Source of the DNA: a virus
IMG/VR virus record: IMGVR_UViG_3300028610_001072
Span: 1-64,000 of that record
Direction: 5' to 3' (one strand)
DNA length: 64,000 bases
Position numbers and translations under genes: made by a program. The stretch's first letter is position 1; each line of letters opens with the position of its first letter. Positions 30,526 through 40,900 of the stretch are shown here, piece after piece. The notes below the pieces were generated by a model. The model was not told the origin of the DNA and did not search any database. It saw only the letters and a list, made by a program, of their open reading frames with translations.

Positions 30526-31707
30526 TGAATTCGCTGTCATCGACATAAAAATTATCCCGGTCCATATTTTGCATCATACCCATCATTATGTGCTCGTAGC
30601 GTTCCACCCCCTTGATGGTAGAGAATGGTGCCGTGACTGGCACTATCTGGACCGTTTCCCCATCCATAGATTTTACCAGTAGGCTGGGGACTTGAGGATC
30701 GCGGACCCGCTTCCCATTCTCACAATGAGGACAGTCCGATTCCGGTGCCAGCGCCTTGCTCGTCACATTGCAATCACGACTTGAGCAGTTCGTGAAGTGA
30801 TTGTTATCATTTGTCATGTGTTATTCTTCCTTACTTTTGCAACCGCTCTTACCATCTCGGGGGTCACGATTTCTGCCATCGTTGACCGCAGTTGTTTTGA
30901 TATTTCTCCCTTTGAATGATTCGGCTCCAGTATCGCATAGGCATTCATTATAACGATGGGACACTCCAGCAACATCAGCCTGACCGATCCCATTGAATTA
31001 CAGGTATGGCACACCCGGCGGCAGATGAAGGGAAAGCGGGATTGCAGCCATGCCCTAGTACCCACGACGCTGACATTGCCATGCACCGGCACCCCTATCG
31101 GGCCGGATGAAATATCAGCCATCTCAGGCATCGATGACCCCTAGATGCTTGGCAAGTGTTTCGACGCTCTTAGCAAGTATTGGGCAGCCGTAGTTATAGA
31201 TATGTCGAATGTCAAGGTCCATGTCACGGCCTGCTGCTGGGCCGATGTAGACTTTCTTTTCCCCCTCGGGATTGGTAAAGCAAACTATCCCGAAGCTGCC
31301 GTCCTGTATTGAATGTATCCAGACCACTTCATCGATCTTGGCTTGGTTGATATGTGTTATCATGGTCGTCTTAACCTTATTTTAGTTGCTATAGCTCTAA
31401 TTATTAGCCGGATTTTTTTTCGGCCATGAGCCTTCAGCCGTTCTCTTTCTTCCATTAAGTAGTTATGCTGGTTATACCTGTGGATTAGTGCGTCCATTAG
31501 TTCATCCGGGCAATCACTGAATACTGCCACGGCTTGACAATTCGTGTTGCCAACTGTCCCCGGCCCCCGGAGTACCATACTCTCAGTTTTTTGCCTGCGT
31601 GCAATCCAGCCGGGGCTACCCTTTTCAATCCGATCATCCCGGCGACGGGTTGCCCTGTTGGGGGAGTAGTGGCTCCGCTGAATGTGTTTCGGTAGTTCGC
31701 GTTTCAT
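30509..31707 (-). other. Four hypothetical CDSs (30509..30817, 30814..31131, 31124..31363, 31360..31707)
   Basis: Overlapping co-oriented ORFs. Confidence 0.55.
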
Positions 31708-32123
31708 AATTGGACCTCAATCTCGGTTGGTAGTTTCCACAGTCCCTGCTTCCCCAGAACGGGTATTGGCACATCGAGCTTGCGGATATTTTTAAATTTC
31801 CATGCGTACCGACCTTCCATCCACTCACCCACCATTTTCTCGGTATCATTCATCTCCATGATCATTCGGTGGGTCATTTCGAGGCAGTTGACTATTTCTA
31901 CGACGCCCACAACAGCCCCCAGCGGTAGGTCCTCGACCTTCAGGTCCGGGGCCACGATAGCCGTCTGGGCTGCATTCATGTAATAGCTGTGAAAACTATG
32001 TTTCCCGGCTGCATGAATAGCCAGCGGGCCAGTGTGGTTAGTGAACCAGTACCGAGTCTCATATTGCTTAATCCCCATTGCCACCAGAGTAGCCCACGGC
32101 TGCCATAATGTTATTGCGTACAT
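31704..32123 (-). CDS. ASCH domain protein
   Basis: AITLWQPWATLVAMGIKQYETR...LAIHAA...GKQGLW. Confidence 0.85.
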   Translation of the reverse strand: MYAITLWQPWATLVAMGIKQYETRYWFTNHTGPLAIHAAGKHSFHSYYMNAAQTAIVAPDLKVEDLPLGAVVGVVEIVNCLEMTHRMIMEMNDTEKMVGEWMEGRYAWKFKNIRKLDVPIPVLGKQGLWKLPTEIEVQL

Positions 32124-32295
32124 TTGTTTTCGTCTCCATTGATGTCCAGTTGCCCCTTTTTGGAGGATTTTTTCCTGAAGTCCTTCCGAATCTTCTTCAG
32201 TTTCTCCGTCAGGGTGATATGGGTTAGCGCCACCTCTTCATCGTGGTTTGGCGCTCGATCCATTTTCAGATATTCAAGAAATTGGGTCCCACGCA

Positions 32296-33312
32296 TTAGC
32301 TTCCATCCTCTTCTTCGTCGTCGTCAGTGCCATAGCCCATTTCTTCCATCGCTTCTTTCATGCTGGCCTTGTACTCCCGCTCCTGATCCTGAGCTGCTTC
32401 CCACTCATCAGGATCAGTTATCTCCGAAACGGCGTCCATGATTATTTCGCTCATGGTTGTTGGGGGAAGTGCATCCAGCTCCCATGACCTGCTGCCATAC
32501 TCTTCGATATATGCTGCTCTCCTGCTGTCGCTCATCTTGGCCGGGTCTGATGGTGGATTCAGTTCGTTGATCTGATCCATGCTTAGGGCAATCCGCCTGA
32601 AGTGCCAGTGCTCATGTAAATAATATCCCTCATGCCCCAGAAATAGATCGAGCCGCTTGGAGATGTCATCGCTCATATCCATCCCGGACGGATCGTGGTC
32701 TCCCATGTGGAAGATGTACGGCACCTGATCATTTTCCATGTGCTCACGCATTCGCTCCGCTGCTTTCCACATTGCTGACTGGGATGAATACCCCCTGCAT
32801 GAAAAGTACGGTACATCGAGTGCTCGGCATGTCGGCTTGATCACACCAGTCAGAGCGTCTTTCTCGATCCAGATTTCTGGCCTGTGCTGCTGGTCTTTCC
32901 ACCAGTCAGTATGAAATTGGTCATAGGCGATCTGCATCAAATCGGCGGGATCATCCCAGCTATGCTTCCACTCCAGTTTTCGGGTGATGTCTTCCATCAA
33001 TTCCCAGTCGATCTCGCCAGCCAGTCGGGCATCATTCACTATTCCGCCCATCCACTTATAATTCGGATCGGCATTTTTCGTGCTCGCTGGGTCCTCACCC
33101 TTTGGGTCTCTGCGCCACTTGCCGCTTGGCAATCGGCTCCATCTGCGATCTTCAGGGAATAGGTCTCTGGCGACAAACTGGTAGTAGAGCTGTCTCAGGG
33201 TCATATTCGGAAATCCCTGTGCTTTATACTCATTTAGAATACCGACCGCTTCACCGATGATATACTGATGTACGGCGGTGAATTCTTTATCTATGTATGC
33301 GATGTATGGCAT
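32296..33312 (-). CDS. Spo11/Topo VI-A-like protein (winged helix plus Toprim)
   Basis: TLRQLYY (putative catalytic Tyr), EIWIEKDAL, RGYSS, GDHDPSG (DxD). Confidence 0.75.
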   Translation of the reverse strand: MPYIAYIDKEFTAVHQYIIGEAVGILNEYKAQGFPNMTLRQLYYQFVARDLFPEDRRWSRLPSGKWRRDPKGEDPASTKNADPNYKWMGGIVNDARLAGEIDWELMEDITRKLEWKHSWDDPADLMQIAYDQFHTDWWKDQQHRPEIWIEKDALTGVIKPTCRALDVPYFSCRGYSSQSAMWKAAERMREHMENDQVPYIFHMGDHDPSGMDMSDDISKRLDLFLGHEGYYLHEHWHFRRIALSMDQINELNPPSDPAKMSDSRRAAYIEEYGSRSWELDALPPTTMSEIIMDAVSEITDPDEWEAAQDQEREYKASMKEAMEEMGYGTDDDEEEDGS

Positions 33313-33737
33313 TATTGCAGCTCCTCGAAATAGCTGGCCTGCTCTTCGACACTCACCTGCACCTCGATGTCATCCGCTCCACATTTCATACATTTGACGG
33401 TGGTGGATATATCGGCCCCGTAGAACATTTTCATGTACCGGGAATTTTTAATCGGCTTCCCGTGACGGTCCTTGTCCTGCAACCGACTATCGAGTGTGGC
33501 CGAAGTATCCTGAATCTCAAATTCCAATTCATCATCGTCCTCAGAATCCCGGCAGTCGTGCTCGATTTCTTTTTCATATTCGATATTGGCTTCCTTCAGC
33601 TCGCCGCCGCATTCGGCACAATCCAGCACTACCCGGACCTCGCCAGTCAAGTGACCGTCCACAATATCCTCGCTGGTGATCTCAGGCTCAACATCCTCAC
33701 CATAGGATACGAATTTCATACAGTCTCCACATCTCAT
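33312..33737 (-). CDS. Acidic Cys-rich (zinc ribbon) hypothetical protein
   Basis: CGDC, CAEC and CMKC motifs. Confidence 0.6.
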   Translation of the reverse strand: MRCGDCMKFVSYGEDVEPEITSEDIVDGHLTGEVRVVLDCAECGGELKEANIEYEKEIEHDCRDSEDDDELEFEIQDTSATLDSRLQDKDRHGKPIKNSRYMKMFYGADISTTVKCMKCGADDIEVQVSVEEQASYFEELQ

Positions 33738-34035
33738 TGTTTAGTCCCTTTCCCTATTATCTGAAAAGACTCGATATAGATTTTGGCCTAGCTCATATTT
33801 GGATTTATTTAAAGTCATCAGATTTTCATTCTCCTATAAAATATTGTGTCTGTGATAATACCGTGAAATGCTCCTACGGTAAGTACAAGAGCGGCGATAT
33901 TGAGTAGGTGCCAATGAAACCGGATAACCAGCATCCAAAAAACACCACTTACAAATATCACGCCCAGTGAGTACCAATAATACGAAAATAATCTTATGAT
34001 CCAGTGTACTTTTGGGTCATCAATATACATTTCCA

Positions 34036-34839
34036 TCAGAATGTCCTCTTTTCCCATTGGTGGTCCCGCAGCAGCGCCAAATATGCTTCCAACTCGTAGT
34101 GACCATATTGCGCCAGTACAAAATGTCTCTTTACGTTCCCCCAATTAGACCCGGCCAGTAGGCACACAATCCTATCGTGTATCTTGTAGGCGAGATGGTA
34201 GATTATCCCGCACTTGGGAGTATCGGTACTGAGTATGCGCCAGTCGAAAGCAGTTTCTATTCTTACTCCTGTCAGCACGATTTTATAGTTCTTCAACATT
34301 TCAACAACCTCTATATCCTCCAGTATATACAAATCCTCAAACGTCATCTCGAAATTATCTCCGTCCAGCCAGCGCATACGCTTGATCTGGTCCCACAGCT
34401 CCCACTGAACAATATCGGTATCTCGGAAGCCTTCGCCAATATTCAGGAATAAGGTTCGGTCTCCCCTGTCAAATATCCCAAAATTTTCTTGCACTAACTT
34501 AAAATTCACTAATTCAGCACGGCTCATATCGTCATGTAAGGTGAGGGTTATTCCGTCGGCAATGTTCAAAACATCGAACAGATCACCATTGAATAGAGTA
34601 GTGTGAAAATATATTCTCGAACTGGGATTAATCGTTCGCAAAGAGCCAATGAGCGATTTTAGTTTATCAGGGTCCAGAAGAGGCTCCCCCCCTGTAATTA
34701 CATAAGTGCCGTAACTGGGTATGCTGCCCGGCCCGGATATTATATTGGCCTGCTCAACAACCGATGGATATTGATTTATACAGTAGTTGCAATTACGGTG
34801 GCAATCCATAGTTATAATAATCCTTGCTATTGCTTTCAT
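34036..34839 (-). CDS. Radical SAM protein
   Basis: CHRNCNYC (CxxxCxxC) and ITGGEPLL. Confidence 0.85.
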   Translation of the reverse strand: MKAIARIIITMDCHRNCNYCINQYPSVVEQANIISGPGSIPSYGTYVITGGEPLLDPDKLKSLIGSLRTINPSSRIYFHTTLFNGDLFDVLNIADGITLTLHDDMSRAELVNFKLVQENFGIFDRGDRTLFLNIGEGFRDTDIVQWELWDQIKRMRWLDGDNFEMTFEDLYILEDIEVVEMLKNYKIVLTGVRIETAFDWRILSTDTPKCGIIYHLAYKIHDRIVCLLAGSNWGNVKRHFVLAQYGHYELEAYLALLRDHQWEKRTF

Positions 34840-34986
34840 TTCAACAATCTCTTAATTATGTTACCCGAGTGAATGGCGAAAAGTGAGCCGGGAAAACCGA
34901 AGGCCAGAGTTGCAGTAAGGTGTTCCAGCCCCAGACACGCCTGTTTCCCGTAGGTTTCCCCGGCGAAGTTTTCAGAATGAATGACC

Positions 34987-35550
34987 TCATCGCGGAAGGC
35001 CCATTTGATTGCGCTTCGACGGCGGAACAACTCCCATCCCCAGCAAATCGAAAACGCTTTTTTCCGTCGGTGTTGGCATTTTTTCCACCGGATTGCCGTT
35101 AGCGTCCAGCCGATGAAGATGCCCCTCGACTCCCTTGTACCCCCACTTTCTCCAACGTTTGCCCATGAACTGCGAGAATTCTGATGACCCGGTGCGGATC
35201 ATGTAGATGAATCCCCAATTATCATGCCCGGCCATAAATAGATCGAGCTGAACCTTTTCTTTCAACATAAATTGGGTGTACTTCCCTGTACCGGGATCAC
35301 CTTTGAGAATTTCCGCGCCCGCATCAGAGAGCACTTTTGCAAAGCCCTTTACCCGGATCATTTTTTTATCAAAAAGACCGTTAGAGATTTCGGTTTCCAT
35401 TGGGATGCAAACAATCTCAATATCCCCCACCCGTGAGCACCTACGGCGGACTGAACCGGCTATTTGAATCTTATCGCAGAACGGCTTCAGTAATTCCACA
35501 TACCGGTCGGCAATATTCTTTGCCATAATAAAATTGATCCGCTTTTTCAT
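34987..35550 (-). CDS. Minimal X-family (Pol beta-like) nucleotidyltransferase/DNA polymerase
   Basis: IAGSVRR...GDIEIV, QLDLF, RTGS, TEKSVFDLLGM...PPSKR; start set at 35550. Confidence 0.8.
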   Translation of the reverse strand: MKKRINFIMAKNIADRYVELLKPFCDKIQIAGSVRRRCSRVGDIEIVCIPMETEISNGLFDKKMIRVKGFAKVLSDAGAEILKGDPGTGKYTQFMLKEKVQLDLFMAGHDNWGFIYMIRTGSSEFSQFMGKRWRKWGYKGVEGHLHRLDANGNPVEKMPTPTEKSVFDLLGMGVVPPSKRNQMGLPR

Positions 35551-36235
35551 CACCCTTTGCCTTTCATCCAACAATTTGCATGGATCGTAAAAAATGCCTC
35601 GACTAAATCTTGTGATTCCGTATCAGTGACCATATGGCCTTCCGGGAAAGCAGCATCACCCTTGCAGATTATGCATACCAATTCCCGGCCTTGGCGTTGT
35701 ATCCATAATGACAATTCTCGATATAATTCTTCTGTTGGGTAGCCCATTTTCCCAGATGGGGTATTCCCAATAAGCCAACCGTCTTCCTCTGGAGTTGAAT
35801 GCGGTTTGGGACAGATACAGACCTCGAAATATTCTTCGTGATCCTCACAATATGGCATCCCATCCTTGAGCGGTAGATGCTCCGGTTCCTTGATTGGATG
35901 AGGGCAGCCCATTACAACTTTCATGCCTGCTGCCCTTCCTCAACTAATCGCTTCCGGCGTCTAACCGTGCGGTAACGCTCTTCAATGAAGTGTATTAGGA
36001 ACATCCAATCCTTATATCTCATGGTCTCGAGGTCCTTACCGGGGTCAGTGACCAGAGTTTGTAGCAGATTCCCTAGTGATTCTTCACCAAGGCCCTGCGG
36101 GTAGGGAGCTTTCCACTGTTCTAAAAGATCAGCAAAATATTCTCTGGTCCGTTCCTTGATTGGCGTTATTGTAATTGCTGGGGGATGTGGGACACTCATA
36201 CATATTCTCCGTGGTAAGATAGCTCCCGGACACAT
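35550..36235 (-). other. Two hypothetical CDSs (35550..35924, 35921..36235)
   Basis: Coupled ORFs, first is Cys-rich. Confidence 0.5.
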
Positions 36236-36319
36236 TCATCATAGGTCCCTGTGTAAATACAATTACTAAAGATGTACGCTGAATATGTACCGTTTGAATT
36301 GCGGGTTATTCTCACGGCC

Positions 36320-36958
36320 TTAGTCATTGGATTGCTCCTGAATTTTTTGATCCAGCTTCAACCGGCGGCCTCTCCAGCAGCCTATCCCGATGGCATCTGA
36401 TTCGTCATTATTTTTCTCCTCAAGCTTTAGATTGAAGATGGTATTCACAATGTTCCGGGTAACTGATTTGCGCTGCTTACCCTTCCATATCTGAGCACTC
36501 ACAAATTCAATTTGCTCAACGCATCCCACCAGTGAGGCGGCGATAATTCCTACGGCAAAATTATTCTGCCCCAATGATTTTTTTGTCATCGACTTACCAG
36601 AGCGCCTGCTCACATTTCGGTCGTAACTAAATCCCTCTGGCTTCTCGATAATCACCACATCGATTCGGCGGGCCTGAATAACAGCTTCGTGCTGCTTACT
36701 ATATGGCTGCTCGGCTGGATCAACATCTATCATCGGCGGTTTTTCCGGGAAATCCTGATTGTTCCGCTTGATGAGCTCCAAGAGAAGTTCCTTAATCTCA
36801 AATACCCGCTCAGCATCACCCTTCATTTTCGTGCGAAGAGTCCCTGATCCCAGTAGACCTTCCCCTCGATCAATATCCTGCTCAGTGTCCAGCACTGCCC
36901 AGCCTATATTGTTTATGGATGCGTCAATTGCCAGAATTCTCATTATTTCGATCCTCAT
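36320..36958 (-). CDS. RuvC-like Holliday junction resolvase
   Basis: ILAIDASINNIGWAV, VIIEKP, WKG, NDESDAIGIG. Confidence 0.8.
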   Translation of the reverse strand: MRIEIMRILAIDASINNIGWAVLDTEQDIDRGEGLLGSGTLRTKMKGDAERVFEIKELLLELIKRNNQDFPEKPPMIDVDPAEQPYSKQHEAVIQARRIDVVIIEKPEGFSYDRNVSRRSGKSMTKKSLGQNNFAVGIIAASLVGCVEQIEFVSAQIWKGKQRKSVTRNIVNTIFNLKLEEKNNDESDAIGIGCWRGRRLKLDQKIQEQSND

Positions 36959-37883
36959 TTACTTTTTTGATCAATACTTTCAATACCGTCCCAATCTGAT
37001 CTCGAGACATATCTTTATCCTTACACTCAAGGACAGTACGGGTCACATCATATCGTGGGCTTGGATGATCCTCACAGAAATTGACTGGCATTTGCATTTG
37101 TTCATCAATCCTATCGTGCTCCTCGACCTTGACCACATTAACCTGCTCGATACAACCAAGGCAGGCATAGAATCTGGATTTCTTTTCCGGCATGATCATC
37201 GCCACATACTCGTCGATCTTCTTCCAATGGAAAAAACTCGACATGGACTTAACCCGCCCATCAGGCGGATGGTCCTCTGTGCGCTTCAGGAACTCCCCAC
37301 AGGCTTTGACGGTGATAGCCATGCCTAGCCTTTGGATCGTTGCAGTGATGTCGCTCTTGTAGCTTCCAGAGGCCGATTTGGGCAATTTGAATGCCTTGTG
37401 CATTATAACCCAGACTTCCTGAAATTCTTCGTCTCCACTCTTCGTCTTTTTTGTGTCTTCTGTAGTGTCTATATTAGAGGGTGACGTATCTGTCACTGCT
37501 CCAGTGACATTTTTGTCACCACCCGATGACAAATTTGTCTCCGCCCCGGTGACTTTTTTATCACTCTTACGGTGAAACTTCTTCGATTTGTGGATAACTA
37601 TGGTCAGCCCATGATGGGTATTGCGGGTGTGGATATAATCTCCATCGCGCAGAATATCCAAGTATCGCAGATACTGGCGTCTGGTGATGGGCAGCTCTTT
37701 TTCAAAGGTCTTGTACGTGACTGGCGTTCCACCAAGCACGTAGCCGTTGCCATTCTCTTCCTTGGTTACTTTGTCAATCAGCATACCAAACAACCAGATG
37801 GCGTTGCCCATCTTTTTCCAGTGCTTCGCCTTGAATAATCCACTCCAGATTAACAAGGGAAACGAGTCATCCGTTGAGGTCAT
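36924..37883 (-). CDS. Phage replication initiator (N-terminal wHTH)
   Basis: HWKKMGNAIWLF...ITRRQYLRYLDILRDGDYI; internal iterons; start set at 37883. Confidence 0.7.
   Translation of the reverse strand: MTSTDDSFPLLIWSGLFKAKHWKKMGNAIWLFGMLIDKVTKEENGNGYVLGGTPVTYKTFEKELPITRRQYLRYLDILRDGDYIHTRNTHHGLTIVIHKSKKFHRKSDKKVTGAETNLSSGGDKNVTGAVTDTSPSNIDTTEDTKKTKSGDEEFQEVWVIMHKAFKLPKSASGSYKSDITATIQRLGMAITVKACGEFLKRTEDHPPDGRVKSMSSFFHWKKIDEYVAMIMPEKKSRFYACLGCIEQVNVVKVEEHDRIDEQMQMPVNFCEDHPSPRYDVTRTVLECKDKDMSRDQIGTVLKVLIKKVNEDRNNENSGN
37481..37564. repeat. Four 16-bp palindromic iterons, putative replication origin
   Basis: GTGACGTATCTGTCAC (37481), GTGACATTTTTGTCAC (37504), ATGACAAATTTGTCTC (37526), GTGACTTTTTTATCAC (37549); 22-23 bp spacing. 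Confidence 0.75.
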
Positions 37884-37940
37884 AGGGACCCCCCAAGGGG
37901 ACGAGCCAGCCGGACCCACCCCCATTGTTTAAGCAGCTTA

Positions 37941-40900
37941 TCATAGAATCTCTACGGCTGCTCCACCATCGACGGATATTACATGGATTGTGGTGTCAGC
38001 CACTTCCTGCAATACCGGGACATGGGTGATGTAGAAGAACTGGCCGAACTCAGCTCCCAGCTTCTCAATCATGCGGCGGGCCAGCAATAGATTGGGTGGA
38101 TCAAATGCCCCCCAGCCCTCGTCGAATATGCAGTGATTGATTGTTACGCCGGTGGCTTCGGCCTGAATCTTTGCCATAGCCGCCCTGAGTGAATAGCCGA
38201 TGGCTACCCGTTGGAAGCCGGACGCTTCGCTCAGTGGATGATTACCACGATCATCATTGAACGTGATCACGACTTCATCCTTTTCCTTCCCGTCTTGAGT
38301 ATCCTTAATTGGATCGATCTTGACCCGCAATGCTGAATCGAATCCTTCATCCACACATAGGAACTCATTAGCGAATTCCGCGAAACGTGGCAGGGATTTC
38401 TCCATCAGCAAATAAGGTATCCCATCCCGGCTGACTGCGGCCAAGTAATGTACGAAAGCGTTGATCCGGGACAGCCCTGATCTGTTGGTCTCTTCCAGCC
38501 CCCCAAGGTCAGCTCGAATTCCATCCAGTCGCTCGAGGCTCTGCTTCAGTGCTCCAATTTGACCAACCACACTATCGCGCTGAGTTTCAATACTCGTAAT
38601 GTTGGTGCTCAGGCTATCCACGGAGAGCGATAGGGTAGCTGTATCCACGGCTTCACCCATCGCTGCCAACTTGGAAATTACCTGAGCGAGATCGGTGTTC
38701 AGCTTATTCAGGTTGGATTGGGCATTCTTCAATTCGGTATCGGCCACAAGGACCTTTGCCTGAACATCATCCCAATTCTGCTCTTTCTCTTTATTGAGAT
38801 CGAAGCGCAACGTCAAAATCTCGGTTTTGGCAGTGTCGTACTGGGTTTGGTTGATCTCATGGGTAGTCTGCCGGGCATTGATCTGCTCAGTCAGTTCAGT
38901 GATCTCGGTATCAACCTTAGCCTTGGCATTAGCCTGTTGCTTGATGACCCGATCATTTTCGGAATGATCAGGGGGGTTGGCTACCAAATCATCATGGGTC
39001 TGCTTTAATGTGACCATTTCAGCTTTGGCCTCGTTGGCATTCTTCAGCAGCTTGCATTCGCTCTGGATGTCCATGCCAATACAGGGGACCTCAGCGGTTA
39101 GTGCAGCGGTCTCTTCAGCCCCTATAACAGCAAGGTTCGCCGCACTGACTTGATTCCGATGCTGCTCATCGGCGTTATTTTTCTGATTTTGAATGGCATC
39201 GATACCCCCTTGGTGATTCGTGGATGCGGTCTGAAGGCCATTGCGTTGGGTGAGCAGGGTAGTCTGTTCGGTGCTGAACTCCTGCATCAAGTTGGCTAGC
39301 TCAGTTTGAAGTTCCTGTTGAGTATCGTGCTTGGATTGGAGATCGGCTTGCCGCTGGATACCAGCAGTGACCTGATCCTTTTTTGATAGGATGCTGGTCA
39401 GGCTGACAATCGATGTTGAGGTTGTCCCGACTGATCCTTCGAGTTCTGCTTTCTGGGTCTCCAGTGCAGTGCGATCATCCGTGATCTTTCGAGCGTCATC
39501 TATCTTGCGCTGAGCTTTAGTCCGTTGGGTACGCAGGGTTTCGATTTGCTCAACCTTTTGATCCTTGGACTCACCGAGCTGGGTCATTGATTTCCTGATG
39601 TCGGCTTCCTGCTCCAACTCAGTTTGCAGGTTCTCCATTTTCATGGTGACATTTTCATAATCACCACGGAGAGCCTTCAACTGATTCTCAGCGGCTTTGC
39701 GCCGAAGATCAAAGGCAGTGAAGTTCATAGCTTCTTGAAGAGTTTCCTTCATCTCAGATGGTGATAGGCCACACAGGCGATCAATATCCTGCTGTGATCC
39801 AAATCGGGTTGACCGATACATATTGTAGCTGCCTACCAGTTTCTCAAGAGATATTTGGGTTTCTTTGGAATCGCCCTCATTCATTGGTTCCCAGCTCTCA
39901 CCAACTTTCTTACTGAGGGTGATCACGCTGCTGGCTTTCTCCCCCGTCTTATCCAGCTTTAAGGTTCGACTGGCCCGGTACTGCACAGCCGTCTCGTTCT
40001 GCTCACTGGCTGTAAACCAACTCGTTACCACTGTATCTGTGCAGCCAAGCCGGACAGCCGTATTGAGCTGGCTCCCCTTGCGGAGTTTCTTCCAGTTGAC
40101 AAAACGTTCCAGTTCAGCCACCTGCGATTTACCGACGTGGTTGAGGCCGGTGATGCAGATAATGCTGCCCAGCTCATCAAAGTTGATGTCCACATCGATC
40201 AGCGGCTTGAAATTCACCCCCTTGATTCGCTGGAGCTTATAGTTGACCCCCTGAAGTTGATGGAGCACATCTGGGGGAATGTTGGCGGCCACTGCCTGAT
40301 TGATCTCTTTCATCAGTGGGAGACTGGCCGCTCGATCCTCGTCCAGCTCTGACCATATTGTGAGCATGTCATCCATGCCGCCTTCGGCGTTCAGTTTTTC
40401 TGCCCGGATGCGGATTGGGTCCACGGTATCAACCATTACCTTATGACTGTGGACTTCGCGCTTATCCAGCATTCCCTCAATCATCGGGATGTCTATCAAG
40501 CTGCGCCGCTCGCTGGCGATTTCGATCCGTACCCGGACCTTGGCATCCTTGATTGCAATTGGCTCGATGGCCTTGAATACCACATCCACCGGGTCAACAT
40601 TGAGATCGCTGAAACTTTCCTTGGGAACTTCCACCGTCAACATCTGGTGGGCCACCGGGATTTCAACAGGCACATGCTGCCCGGCTACGAGGTCCCAGAG
40701 CTCGAAACTGGGGATCATCTTTTCCTGTCCGAAAGTCATGGGTGCCGGTGCGCCGCTGTAGACTATTGATCCTACGCTCTGGCGCTTATGCAGATGGCCG
40801 TACATCACAGCATCAAAGTGATCACCTATCCAGTGCCGGTCGATGACCAGATCATTCTCAGCCGTGAGGACTTTCTCGCTATCGGCCACACCGCCGTTGA

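Noticed and set aside
36320-36958. RuvC-like gene as the in-trans nuclease for the guide array
   Set aside because: About 23 kb away, in the usual resolvase position beside the replication initiator; nothing links it to the array
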